Notes: generated from the sequence alone by a model not told the origin. A stretch of 64,000 bases of DNA from an uncultured virus (IMG/VR IMGVR_UViG_3300016482_000014) (IMGVR_UViG_3300016482_000014:1-64000), one strand, 5' to 3'. Numbered from the stretch's first letter, positions 26,609 through 37,719 are shown. Numbers and translations: made by a program.

Positions 26609-26937
26609 AAACAAAATACCTGACAGGCGCAGCCCTTGACTGGGCAGTAGCGAAGTGTGAGGGTAACGACGGGAAATGGTACGTTTCGGATAAAGACGTT
26701 GTGGACTTCACCCCATCAACCGACTGGGCACAAGGCGGACCGATCATCGAGCGCGAGTGCATCAACCTCACCTATCGACACCCCAGCTTTACTGGGCTGT
26801 GGACAGCGTTCAACGACGAGTGGGATGACGACAAGAACGGTGTGAACTGCGGTGACACTCCGCTGATCGCAGCCATGCGCTGCTACGTGGCAAGCAAATT
26901 AGGTGATGAGGTTGACGTGCCGGAGGAATTGAAATGA
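26605..26937 (+). CDS. NinX/DUF2591-like protein
   Basis: LTGAALDWAVAKCEG...PSTDWAQGGPIIERE...TPLIAAMRCYVASKLG. Confidence 0.75.
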   Translation: MKTKYLTGAALDWAVAKCEGNDGKWYVSDKDVVDFTPSTDWAQGGPIIERECINLTYRHPSFTGLWTAFNDEWDDDKNGVNCGDTPLIAAMRCYVASKLGDEVDVPEELK

Positions 26938-27045
26938 TCAAGGACATGATGTGGTGGGCGGCTGGCGTGGCTCAGTTCGCGCTGTTAATCTGGCTTATTT
27001 TTTGGGTGATGTGATGGCTGACGAGCCAATTTATTGGAGAGTGTG

Positions 27046-27437
27046 ATGGCAACGATGACAATAGATGTTGAAGTGGACTTGGATCTGATAGACACCGATG
27101 AGTTGAAGGATGAGCTTCAGCTACGTGGGGAGTTCCTCATGTCTGACGAAATCAAAGCGCAGGTGCAAACCATTTACGACTTGCGCCAGCAAGGCAAACC
27201 ATTTGACAACGAACTTGACCAACTAATCTACGCAGTACTCGGGAGAATCTCATGCTGATCGAAGCCGCATTCAAACACAAGACCAACGATCGTACGTATT
27301 ACTTCAACCCTGACAACGTGCTCTATATCGATCAGGACGGGGTGCTGTTCGCCCCGGATGTGTATAGACTATTTGCGGATGCTGAAGAGTATGAGTGGGT
27401 GGTGACGCAGTTACGCCGAGGACACCTATCAACTTGA
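27046..27437 (+). CDS. Two small hypothetical proteins (27046-27258, 27252-27437)
   Basis: ORF track plus GGAG RBSs. Confidence 0.5.
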
Positions 27438-27462
27438 CAGTGTACATATAATTTGTTATAAT
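27434..27462 (+). promoter_or_regulatory. Sigma70 promoter
   Basis: Perfect TTGACA-N17-TATAAT. Confidence 0.85.
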
Positions 27463-27530
27463 GTGAGTATGGTGTGGAGAGCACCATACGTACCAACCAA
27501 TTAACTTCATACCGTATTAAGGAGAGCATT

Positions 27531-28433
27531 ATGTTCGCATATGAACAGGCCACATCATTGCCTGCAATCGAGGCACCTACCCTTCAATCTTCTGCCATGT
27601 TGCTGACACTAAACATCAGCATGTACACCGGGCGCAAGGCAGACAAGAAAGTTAAAGACGAAGTACTGATCGACAAGGGCGCACACGCCAAAAACGCAGC
27701 GTCTGTATACAAGTCGCTGTTCGCAGGTGACGTAGACCTCGATGCAATCAATACGTTTCAGGCACGGGCACGGCGTGAGATCGCAGCGGTCACGCTTCCA
27801 TGGTCAGACAATGGTACACGGATGGTTTCGACCCGTAATTTCTTTGAGGTCAGCCAACTACTATCATCGCTTCGCGTAGAGTTTGAGGCGCTGGTCAACA
27901 AGTTTGTCGCAGGCTACGCATTGAAGGTCAGCAACGCAGCGTTTGCGCTTGGCGATATGTTTGATCGCAGCGAGTACCCAGATCCGGCAGAAATCAGACA
28001 TCGCTTTGCGTTTAACTATGCGTTTGAACCCGTGCCATCAAGCAATGACTTCCGAGTGGACTTGCACAACGAAGCCGTGCAGATGCTGCAGCAACACTAC
28101 TCTAAGACAGCGCAACAGCGCCTTGATGCGGCCATGCAGGATGTGTGGATGCGGGTCATGGATGAGGTGACACGACTGCGTGACAAGCTGATTGTCCCCG
28201 AGGAAGGCAAGCGCCCACGTATTTTTGCCAGCACATTCGATGGGTTCAAAGAGCTGGTTGGATCGCTACAAGCCTTGAACATCACGAACGACCCGAAGCT
28301 TGAAGACGTGCGAGTGCAGTTAAACAATGCTCTTGATCCTGTAGACCTAGACTCTATTCGTGAAAGCGATGAGGTGCGTGAATCCGTCAAGGAGAAAATG
28401 CAACGGGTACTGGACAAGTTTGGTGATATGTAA
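27531..28433 (+). CDS. DUF3150-like protein
   Basis: L.IS..TGRK.D, TLPW.D.G.R, LG..F...EYP, LNIT.DP.LE; RBS AAGGAGAG. Confidence 0.65.
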   Translation: MFAYEQATSLPAIEAPTLQSSAMLLTLNISMYTGRKADKKVKDEVLIDKGAHAKNAASVYKSLFAGDVDLDAINTFQARARREIAAVTLPWSDNGTRMVSTRNFFEVSQLLSSLRVEFEALVNKFVAGYALKVSNAAFALGDMFDRSEYPDPAEIRHRFAFNYAFEPVPSSNDFRVDLHNEAVQMLQQHYSKTAQQRLDAAMQDVWMRVMDEVTRLRDKLIVPEEGKRPRIFASTFDGFKELVGSLQALNITNDPKLEDVRVQLNNALDPVDLDSIRESDEVRESVKEKMQRVLDKFGDM

Positions 28434-28462
28434 CTTCATACGGTATTAAGAAGGAGAGAGAA

Positions 28463-29539
28463 ATGCAAAACCTATACAAAAACATCGAGCGTAAAGACCT
28501 CGTGCAGTCCATACTGGCACTGGGTAACGAGATCAGTTTCTTGGTCGAGGGTCACATCGGCTCGTCTAAATCATCATTGATCAACGACATCAGTGCGGCA
28601 CTTCCTACGCATACTCCGGTGTATGTGGACATGGCGTGTATTACAGATGCCGGTGACTTCCAGTTGCCAGCGCTTGATCACGAGACGAAAACGTCTACGT
28701 ACTACCCCAACACGGCGTTCGGGCTGCACACAGGCAAGCCCATGATTATCATGTTCGATGAGTTGGGTAAGAGTGGCAACCAAGGTGTGATCAATGCAGT
28801 ATTGCCAGCGTTGAACGAGCGCAGATGGGGTAACACATACTTCCATCCCGACACGATCGTGTTTGCCACGACCAACCTTGGTTCCGAGAACGTGGGCGAT
28901 ATGTTGAAGCCTCATGCAGTGAACCGTATCACCCGTGCGAGGATGGCAAAGCCCGGTGCCATGGACTACTTGGCGTATGCACAGAACCATGGGATCAACC
29001 CGATCGTGGCAGCGTGGATCAGCCGCAACCCGCACTGTTTTGCATCGTACGAGGACGTGGAAGACCCATCCGAGAATGAGTACATCTACCACCCCAAAGT
29101 ACAGCGACCAGCGTTTGTGACCCACCGCTCTATGACCCGAGCGAGTCTTATCATGGACAAGCGTGGTGTAATCAGTGACGACGCCATCACACACTTGCTG
29201 TGCGGTACGATCGGTGCACCTGCGGCGCTTGACATCATGACCTTTGCGACATTGGCTGACCAACTACCAACCAAGCAAGAGATCCTGATGAACCCCGGCA
29301 AAGCGCAAGTACCCGATAGCCCTGCGGCGATGGTGTTGTTGACATGCCAAGCGTTGCACTGGGTTGAGCAGGATACGTTGACGCCGTGGATGCAGTACAT
29401 GAATCGCTTTCCGATCAACGAACCCAAAGCATTGTTCGCCTTGCAACTGGTGCATAACGATACAAAAGTGTTGTGGGCATCGAAAAACCAAGCGTTTACC
29501 ACGTTTAATCAATCCAACGCTCACTTGTACGGAGCTTGA
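28463..29539 (+). CDS. MoxR-like AAA+ ATPase
   Basis: Walker A variant GHIGSSKS, Walker B IMFDE, FATTN sensor, NR finger. Confidence 0.8.
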   Translation: MQNLYKNIERKDLVQSILALGNEISFLVEGHIGSSKSSLINDISAALPTHTPVYVDMACITDAGDFQLPALDHETKTSTYYPNTAFGLHTGKPMIIMFDELGKSGNQGVINAVLPALNERRWGNTYFHPDTIVFATTNLGSENVGDMLKPHAVNRITRARMAKPGAMDYLAYAQNHGINPIVAAWISRNPHCFASYEDVEDPSENEYIYHPKVQRPAFVTHRSMTRASLIMDKRGVISDDAITHLLCGTIGAPAALDIMTFATLADQLPTKQEILMNPGKAQVPDSPAAMVLLTCQALHWVEQDTLTPWMQYMNRFPINEPKALFALQLVHNDTKVLWASKNQAFTTFNQSNAHLYGA

Positions 29540-29540
29540 T

Positions 29541-30692
29541 ATGTACACACCCATGCAGCGTATCGAGCAGGCTAAGGTCTCGCTCTTTCGTGATCCCCGG
29601 TTTTCTTACATGGCTGGGCTGTTCATGATTGGCAAGACCACTGTTACCAACGAGGTGCATACCGCCCGTACCAACGGGCGTGACGTGGAGTTCAATCCGG
29701 AGTTTGTGCAGTCTTTGGATGACGCAGAGTTACGTGCGCTGGTGTATCACGAATACGGTGGCCACATTCTGTATCGACACTTGTCTGTATTTAAGTTTCT
29801 GTATGAGCAGGATGGGCAACTGGCTAACATGGCATGTGACTACGTGGTGAACCAGATCATCCATGATTTCAACGACCCACGGTTTATCAAGCTGCCCAAG
29901 GGTGGACTGCAAGACGATCGCTTCCGTGGCATGGACAGCAAGCAGGTGTTTGACATACTGAAAGCTGAAGGTGCGGGAGGTGGCAACCGTAGTGGTGAAG
30001 GCGCGATGGACGATCATGATTGGGAAGGTGCCAATCAGATGGGTACTGCTGAAGAGCAGGCGCTGGTGAAGGAACTTAATACCGTATTAAGACAAGGGGC
30101 GATGGCCTCCAAGCTTCTCGGTCATCCAGTAGATCGTGAGGTGTTGCGTAACCTGAATCCGGAGGTTGACTGGCGTGAGGCACTGCGGGATTTCATGACT
30201 ACACACTGTGCAGGTCACGACTACTCTACGTATCGCAAGCCACGAAGGAGGATGATGGCAAGCGATATCTATTTACCCACGTCCATGTCTAACTCCATGC
30301 CATCTATTCTGGTAGCCGTTGATACCTCAGGTTCTGTGGATGATATACAGGTAGCTAAGTTTCTGGCAGAGGTTGCGGGGGTATGCGAGACGGTACACCC
30401 CGAGGTTGTGCATCTGATTTACTGGGGGTCACGTGTGGTCGGGCATGAGGTATATACATTGGATCTACAGGACATGCTGCGTGATGTAACCCGCCCCATG
30501 TGCGGGGGTGGCACTGATGTTAACTGCGTAACTACGTATATGGAGGAGAATCAACTGAACCCTTCCTGTGCGCTGGTGTTGACGGATGGCTATCTCGCCG
30601 GTAGCTGGGGCAACTGGCCTTGCCCTGTCATGTGGGGTATTACCACTTCCCGTGTCGCAGACGTAGGGACAACCATTAGATTGACATTGTAA
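29541..30692 (+). CDS. Metallopeptidase-like + vWA domain protein (DUF2201-like)
   Basis: TA.TNG, HEYGGH, N.ACDY..N; MIDAS VDTSGS, GGGTD, LTDGY. Confidence 0.85.
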   Translation: MYTPMQRIEQAKVSLFRDPRFSYMAGLFMIGKTTVTNEVHTARTNGRDVEFNPEFVQSLDDAELRALVYHEYGGHILYRHLSVFKFLYEQDGQLANMACDYVVNQIIHDFNDPRFIKLPKGGLQDDRFRGMDSKQVFDILKAEGAGGGNRSGEGAMDDHDWEGANQMGTAEEQALVKELNTVLRQGAMASKLLGHPVDREVLRNLNPEVDWREALRDFMTTHCAGHDYSTYRKPRRRMMASDIYLPTSMSNSMPSILVAVDTSGSVDDIQVAKFLAEVAGVCETVHPEVVHLIYWGSRVVGHEVYTLDLQDMLRDVTRPMCGGGTDVNCVTTYMEENQLNPSCALVLTDGYLAGSWGNWPCPVMWGITTSRVADVGTTIRLTL

Positions 30693-30709
30693 ATACCGGA
30701 GACTATGAT
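30681..30709 (+). promoter_or_regulatory. Sigma70 promoter
   Basis: TTGACA-N17-TATGAT. Confidence 0.7.
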
Positions 30710-30729
30710 ATGAGAAAACGGAGAGATTG

Positions 30730-31224
30730 ATGGATAACGAGAGAGAAGTCGCGGTCACGGTGCGCGCTGCGTTTAACCAACACCATCTGTGTATGCAGTA
30801 CAAGGTGTTTGCGACTAGAGAGTCATCCAAGATAGAGACACCATTGCAGGACTCAGTATCAGTTGTTGGTGTGACTACAGAATTGGTTGGTAGTGAGACG
30901 TTTTCTACCCCAGTGTCGGTTGCCATCTTACCTGACTGGCTATCGGCGGATCTCATGGTATTGATGATGCGCAAGAACCATATACCGGGTATCGGTGAGT
31001 GGTACAACAACATCGATGTATATGATCTTGGCGATGCCACCCATCGAGCATGGGTTGGCCCGAAGTTGATTACGTATCTACAACTGACAGACCTTTCAAG
31101 GAGACCCCTATGGCACTACGCAACCGCATACAAAAGACTGACGGATCAACAGCGTTACGAGCGTCTGACCGATACTATAAAGGTTTCAAGCTCGAAGACG
31201 TGGTGTACCGTCCCAACGCCCTGA
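30730..31224 (+). CDS. Hypothetical protein
   Basis: RBS GGAGAG; 3' end overlaps ORF 31110-31295. Confidence 0.45.
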   Translation: MDNEREVAVTVRAAFNQHHLCMQYKVFATRESSKIETPLQDSVSVVGVTTELVGSETFSTPVSVAILPDWLSADLMVLMMRKNHIPGIGEWYNNIDVYDLGDATHRAWVGPKLITYLQLTDLSRRPLWHYATAYKRLTDQQRYERLTDTIKVSSSKTWCTVPTP

Positions 31225-31295
31225 CCGTTTTAAATGCACCAAGTAAGTACGGTAACACCTTGTCCTACCCATACCATTACCAACAGAAATATTGA
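31110..31295 (+). CDS. Small hypothetical protein
   Basis: RBS AAGGAG; YRPNAL.VL..PS..G. Confidence 0.55.
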   Translation: MALRNRIQKTDGSTALRASDRYYKGFKLEDVVYRPNALTVLNAPSKYGNTLSYPYHYQQKY

Positions 31296-31302
31296 GAGAA
31301 CC

Positions 31303-31587
31303 ATGGCTAAAACTAAATCACAACGCATTCGAGAGTTGACCAAGCAAGGCAAGAGCGCCGCTGAGATCGTGAAGATCATGAAGTGCAGCGTCCAGTACGT
31401 ATACACCGTGCGGTCAAACATGAAGAGAGAACAAGCTGAGAAGCTTGGCATCGAGAAGGTCGGCAAGCAAGCTGATCCTACACCGGGCGGGATCACTGAG
31501 ATCCAAGCGCACGTCAAAGGGCTAGTCGAACTGGCACAGGAGAAGCCCTCGCTTTGGAGACGTTTTGTTAACTGGATCAGGAGCTAA
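31303..31587 (+). CDS. Small HTH protein
   Basis: KSQRIREL..QGKS..EIVK.MKCS.QYVY.VR. Confidence 0.6.
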   Translation: MAKTKSQRIRELTKQGKSAAEIVKIMKCSVQYVYTVRSNMKREQAEKLGIEKVGKQADPTPGGITEIQAHVKGLVELAQEKPSLWRRFVNWIRS

Positions 31588-31746
31588 TCATGGAAGCCGA
31601 ACTGACCAAAAAGAATTCCACGTTCAAGTACACCCCCGGCGGTAACGTGCAAGCCACATGGCGCAAGTACGGATGGGTGCCACCATCGGAGTACCGTGAG
31701 GATTACTTGTTTGCAGTTAACCGAGTAGCACAACAGGAGAGTAAAG

Positions 31747-32010
31747 ATGAAACAAACTGAGGACAACAAGGCCGCAGAACAGTATCTCGATGCATTACGG
31801 GAATTGGTGACGAAACGCATACAGGAGGGAGAAAAGATTGACGCCACTGCATATATCGTCGCCATCACTATGCACTTAGGTGAAATGCTGTGGGTGTCAA
31901 ACGTCCCGCTAGATGCGGCTGTATACAAGATGACGGAAATACTGCGCAGTTCGTACGACCAATGTAATCAACTGGATGCTGGAGGAAAATTAAATGCAAC
32001 GATTCAATAA
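31747..32010 (+). CDS. Hypothetical protein
   Basis: 87 aa with RBS AGGAGAG. Confidence 0.55.
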   Translation: MKQTEDNKAAEQYLDALRELVTKRIQEGEKIDATAYIVAITMHLGEMLWVSNVPLDAAVYKMTEILRSSYDQCNQLDAGGKLNATIQ

Positions 32011-32155
32011 GTGGTTAATCGGTATCGGCATGGCAGTTGCCAGTGCAGCGGTGTACGCATCGTGCATCACGACAACAGTGATCCAAAAGGACGGATCAGT
32101 TACGATCTGTACCACGTGCTGCTACAACGGCAACTGCCAAACTACGTGTTACTAA
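31994..32155 (+). CDS. Secreted cysteine-rich peptide (53 aa)
   Basis: Manual translation MQRFNKWLIGIGMAVASAAVYA-SCITTTVIQKDGSVTICTTCCYNGNCQTTCY; RBS GGAGG. Confidence 0.75.
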   Translation: MQRFNKWLIGIGMAVASAAVYASCITTTVIQKDGSVTICTTCCYNGNCQTTCY

Positions 32156-32165
32156 GGAGCATTAC

Positions 32166-35100
32166 ATGGATTTGAAAGTATCAGGAGGGCCAGCGCATCC
32201 GACATTGAATGGCGCAGTCATCGATGAAAAAACCCTCAGATTTGAAGGTATGACCCTATTTGACTACTACGTTGGTCAATTCATCGCGGCAGGAGCCGCA
32301 CCCGCAATGGCGGTTAAGAACGCCAAGGCAACCATGCAACATCGCAACGACCATCTCTACGAGGAAAAGAAATGAACGCCAATGAAATCAAAATCGTCTT
32401 CACGCTGGAACAGGTGAACGCAGTACTGCAACGTCTGGGCATGATGCCTTACGCCCAAGTAGCCGACCTCGTAGAGGGTATCAAGGCTATCGCCACGCCG
32501 CAGGTACCCAAGGAAGAAGTCGAAGCTGACGCCCCCGCTGCCGAAACCGTTCAGTAAGGAGTAGGTAATGGCCCCACGTTTAGAGTTATTCAAGATGACG
32601 CTGGGCGTGGGTGTTTATCTCGGCACATTCGCAGTAATTGTTTGGTACATGAATACATAGGAGACAACCATGCGTACACATTATTGCTTGGCGGATCGTG
32701 ACTGGATTACGTTTGAAGGAGAGTGCAGTTGGTGTGGGATGAAGGAGGATGCACCGATCACAACGGACGCAGAGTTCAGGGCGCTGATGGCGAAGCTGGA
32801 GGCTGACGCAAGACCGGATATCAATGATGACTAGGAGAGAGTGATGAATATATTAAGAGATGACATAGCCCGTGACGCAATGAAAGAGTTGTTGCGTTTT
32901 TTTGATTTGGAGAAGTGAAATGAACTACCAACACCAATGTCCAACTTGCCATTTACCTATCCCACACGATGGAGTAGATGCAGCCTTACCGTTGTGTCCG
33001 AATTGCTGGGCTAAGGACGGAGTTCTACCCATAATGAGCAGCTACAAACAATACAAAACAATGACACCCAGTGAACTGGCAGACAGGATCAAACGTGGTG
33101 AGAAGTGGATGGTTGGTCAAACTGATGCTCCGCACCCACCAAAGACATTACGTGACGAGTTTGCCATGGCGGCGATGCAGGGGCTGTTATCCAACCCAAC
33201 ATTTGACGCCAAACTAGAAGATGTCGCAGATATTGCGTATGACCACGCAGATGCAATGCTTAGGGAGAGGATAAAATGAACGAGCGAATTAAACAATTGG
33301 CTGAACAGGCTGGATTGGAATTTGATGATGATGAAGCACTTGAGTTTGGCAAACAAATCTATTATGTAACTAAAGAGGATATGGAAAAATTCGCCGAGTT
33401 GATTGTTAGAGAATGTGCTGAACAGATTATAGAGCAAGGAACAGATTGGATTGATTTTTCTCCTAGTCGGACCGGAGTCCGACCAGAGTATTGGAATATG
33501 TCACAACACATCAAAAAACATTTCGGAGTTGAAGAATGAACGAAGCGGACTGGTTAATATTGGGGTGCTTGGCACTTGTCTGGGCACATGGAATCTGGGT
33601 AGGTTGGTATATCTGGCGTAGACCGATGTTGGAGGAGAGGATGAAATGAAACCAAAAGGAACGACAGCATGGAAAGTGACATACCCAGATGGAACAAGTT
33701 GCCACTTCGGCAACTACGGAACTGCAAAAGCGTATTCGTATGGTGGAAAAATCGAAGAAGTACCTTTAAGACCTTCACTTGAAATAGTCAAAGCCATAGA
33801 CCCGGCATCAGACATTTCAGTGGCATTGGTGGATGAGCTAATAGGTGTAGTGCATAAATACAGCGGTTCAATGTTAACGACTACCGCCATCGGCTGTATC
33901 GAACTGGTTAAAAAGCACTTTATTGACAGCTTAGAAGAAGGAGAAGAACCATGACTGACCGAGAAGCAATGAAGCTGGCGTTGGAAGCGTTGGAAGGAAT
34001 ACACGTTGGAAACATGACTCCTATGGCAGAGGAAAATTGGAACAAAGCAATCACCGCCCTACGCCAAGCACTTGAGCAGCCAGCACAGCAGCAGGAGCCG
34101 GTGGTTAAGTGGCAACCCATTGAAACGGTGCCAATGTGCGAGGAAGTTATTGTCTGGTCTGAGTTTGATGGAGTTTGCGCTGGCATCCTAAACTCTTACG
34201 GAGAATGGTACTCCCCATTTAGTGAATACAAACTGACACGGGTGCGAATGTGGATGCCGCTGCCGGATGCGCCCATTGAAGCCGCACTCAAGGAGAAGAA
34301 CCGTGAATGACCGAGAAGCAATGGAGCTGGCATTGGATGCTCTTGAAAACCACACTGCGATCAAACATCCGCAGCAGATGCACTATCGAGATACAGCGAT
34401 AGAAGCACTACGCAAAGCACTTTTGCAGCCGGAGCAAACACCCCTAACGCTTATTGACTATTTCAAAAAACCATACGCTTATGTCGACGCTGTAGATCGC
34501 TCAAGAGTATACGTTGCACCTGCACGAAAGTTATGGCTAAAGGAACGTGAAGATAAAGAGTGGCGTGAATTCCACGTTAAGCATCAATACGACATACCGC
34601 TGTATACGGAGGATTACAACTATGAACAACAAGATTGCTGAGTTAGTAGCCGCAGAAATGGCTACAAGGCTGGTGTTGCCGCTGAGAACGAGGCGTGTGC
34701 GAAGGTGTGTGACAACATTGATCTCGAGTATGAAGACGAGGATGTGTTGGCGAGTTGGTGCGCCGAAGCCATCAGGGAGAGGATGAAATGAGTAAAGATG
34801 AAGCAATAGAAGCAACAGGTTCACTGCATGTCGTGCAGGCAAAGCCAAACTACAACGTGTCGTTCCACAACGACTGGAAAATGGTTGGCCAGTTGGACTT
34901 CAACGGCGACGTGATGACATTTGAAGGTGACGCAGACGAAAGCGCAAAAGTGTTTATAGATTTTATTGCCATGCGCTTTGAGCAACGACTGAAAGAGGAA
35001 CGGGCGAAAGAAAACGAGGCGTGTGCGAAGTTGGCTGACAATATTAGCGACAAATACGCTTTTGGTTACTACGGCAACGAAGTTGATACGGCAGATGAGA

Positions 35101-37719
35101 TCGCCGCAGCTATCAGGGAGAGAGTGAAATGAGTAATGCTGATTGGTTTAGTTTGGTATCAATGATGTTTGTTGCCCGTGCTGTACCGACAAACACCGCT
35201 GTTTTGTCTGCGTTTGTGTTTGCTGTTAGCTCTTTTATTTTGAGGTATTTATGACTGACCGAGAAGCCAACGCCCGATTGATCGCCGCCGCACCGGATTT
35301 GTTAAATGCGCTAACAGTATTTGCAGACGCCTGCGAACGAATGGGTATACCAGTTGACGCCGCTAAAGCCGCAATCGCAAAAGCAAGAGGTGAATCATGA
35401 AATACAAAAACGAAAGTGCTTTCCCCGGATTACATCCGTCTAAAGATTGCCAATATAACGACCCCGGAATGACCTTGCGTGACTACTTTGCGGCTAAAGC
35501 GCTACCTGCCGCATATCGTGATCTTTGGGATGACGTTCGTGCGGGTAGAACAGACCGTGTGCCCGAAGACTGGCGATTCGGCGTTGCAGTTGAGGCGTAC
35601 AAGATGGCAGACGCAATGTTGAAAGCAAGAGGAGAATGAAATGAAACCATTTGATTTAGAAGCCGCCAAGCGTGGCGAACCAATCCAGACTCGTGATGGA
35701 CGACCAGTGAGGTTTATTGCTCATGTGCCGAATGCGTATTTAAATCAGAGAGTAGTTGTGTTGATGGATCGTGCCATTCAATTCACATCAGAAAATGGTT
35801 ATTTTATATCCGATGAAGAAAAATCATCTTGGGACTTGGTTATGGCTCCCCGCAAGCGCACGGTGTGGGTGAATTTGTATCGCCCTAGAGATTACGATTA
35901 TTTATGTCAAAACATGCCAGCGTCTGCATATGACAACGAAAACGAAGCCAATAACGCTATTTCTAGCTATGTACGCATCGGCAACCGTGCATGGCCCTTG
36001 GAGATTGAAGAATGACTGACAACTGGCGATTCCGTGTGAATTGGCGAGGCAAGCTGATACTGCAACGATGGCGCAAATTTAGACATAGCAAGGATTGATT
36101 GGAGTTTACATGGCGTGACGCTGACGTGACCGACCTTGCTGATTTTTATATGGAGAATAGAAATGACTAAAGACGAAGCGTTAAAGCTGGCGTTGGATGC
36201 GTTGGTTGATTTTGGATGGCACATTGAGAATTGCCCACAGTTTCCAACTTGGGCTGAACCAAAAAAGCATCCATCATGTACATGTGGATATGACACGGCA
36301 ATCACCGCACTACGCCAAGCACTTGAGCAGCCGGAGTGCAACCCTCACCCAGACGCACCGCATGGGTTTAATCGTGAGTCATCGCACAGTCTTGGCAGGT
36401 ATGTCTGTGACTGCGAGGGATGGGAGCCAGAGCCTGTGGCATTTGCGAGCATAAAAAACGGATACCCAGATGCTTGGGTATGGAACCCTGAGTATGTAAA
36501 AGCCAATCCTAACATTCAACTCAAGCTCTACACCGCACCACCCAAGCGTGAGTTTATCGGGCTGACGGATAAGGAGATTGCAGAAGGAGCAAAGCAAAGT
36601 TGGGTAGACAGGCAAGCATTTGAGTCTGCCGTTTGGTGGGCAGAGGAAAAACTGAAGGAGAAGAACCGTGGATGAACAAACCGATACCCCCAACTTACTG
36701 GCTGACGCTTATGAACGGGCTGATTTTGTTTCGGTTAAAGGTCAACGTGGGCCTTGGTTACGAATCACTGAGGCTGGCGGTCTGACGCTGGTTGCGAGGT
36801 GGGTGCGTAATGACTTGATTGTGGAGGGGGAAAAATGATTACGTTCATCGCTTGGTATTTTGTTGTGGTTGCGGCGCAAGACAGGCCGCTGTCAATATCA
36901 ATGCCGTTCCCGACGAAGGAGGCTTGTGAGGTGCTGGAGAAGTTTCACAATTCAGTTTCTTTCGTAAGCAATAGTCGTGCGAAGTGCGTACAGCTTGAGG
37001 TGATCAAATGAACCCGAACGAACTACCCCTCACCGAGGAAGAAGAACAAGCATGGCAGGACATGGAACACAAGCGGGTCGGAGAGTACCTGCAACGTGCT
37101 CAGCTTGAGTCCGTCAAATTTACCAACGACTACCAACACGAACTACCAATCATGACGTTGCGCAAGGCCTTTGAGTTGGGCTTTCGTCGTGGTTATTCAT
37201 ATTCACAAGGAGAGAAAAATGGCAATGCCAAAAGGTAAGGTACACGACAAGTATGCGCCCAAGTCATTACAGGAGTGCATCGAAATACCGCACAAACCGA
37301 TTCAGTTGATCGCTGAGTTGTTTCTGTCAGGCAAGGAGTTTAGTGTGGGTCAACTGGCGAAAGCCATGAAGCTATCAAACACGAACGCAAGGATACAGCT
37401 CGACTTCCTGATCAAACATAAACTTGTTTATTTACATCGTTGGGACAAGACGCACTCACACAACTGGACAGCGATGTTCATAGCGGGGGACAAACCTCAC
37501 GCCCCAAGCCCCAACATGAAGAATGCGCTGACGATCAAGAAGCCCGAGCCACCACCGCCCCCACCACCAAAACCACTGTCGGCTACCGCAGCAGACGCCG
37601 CTGCACAACTGGCACACCTGAAAGAACTTGCCTCGGCATTGGTGCCGATCCGTACACCAGAGGAACAACATGCGGTTAACTGGGCATACTGGGAACATCT
37701 CGCAGGGAGAGCAGCATGA
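32166..37719 (+). CDS. Array of about 20 small coupled accessory ORFs (e.g. 32166-32375, 32372-32557, 32920-33279, 33276-33539, 33646-33954, 33951-34310 with DUF551-like C-terminus, 34303-34641, 34788-35132, 35251-35400, 35397-35639, 35641-36015, 36163-36675, 37008-37238, 37219-37719)
   Basis: Dense ATGA overlaps and RBSs; recurrent modules GMTLRDYFA, LALEALE, ANARLIAAAPDLL, EACAK. Confidence 0.6.
34622..34791 (+). pseudogene. Frameshifted small gene
   Basis: RBS+ATG frame (MNNKIAELVAAE) differs from the frame carrying AAENEACAKVCD...AIRERMK*, which ends in an ATGA overlap with the next gene. Confidence 0.55.

Larger units (their letters stand above)
21601..30091. repeat. Nine dispersed copies of 17-bp palindrome CTT(A/C)ATACnGTAT(T/G)AAG
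   Basis: Copies start at 21601, 22324, 22494, 23459, 23746, 25101, 27505, 28434, 30075. Confidence 0.9.

Noticed and set aside
21601..30091. Palindromic repeats as a CRISPR array
   Set aside because: Spacing is irregular (170 bp to 2.4 kb) with whole genes between copies, and there is no cas operon
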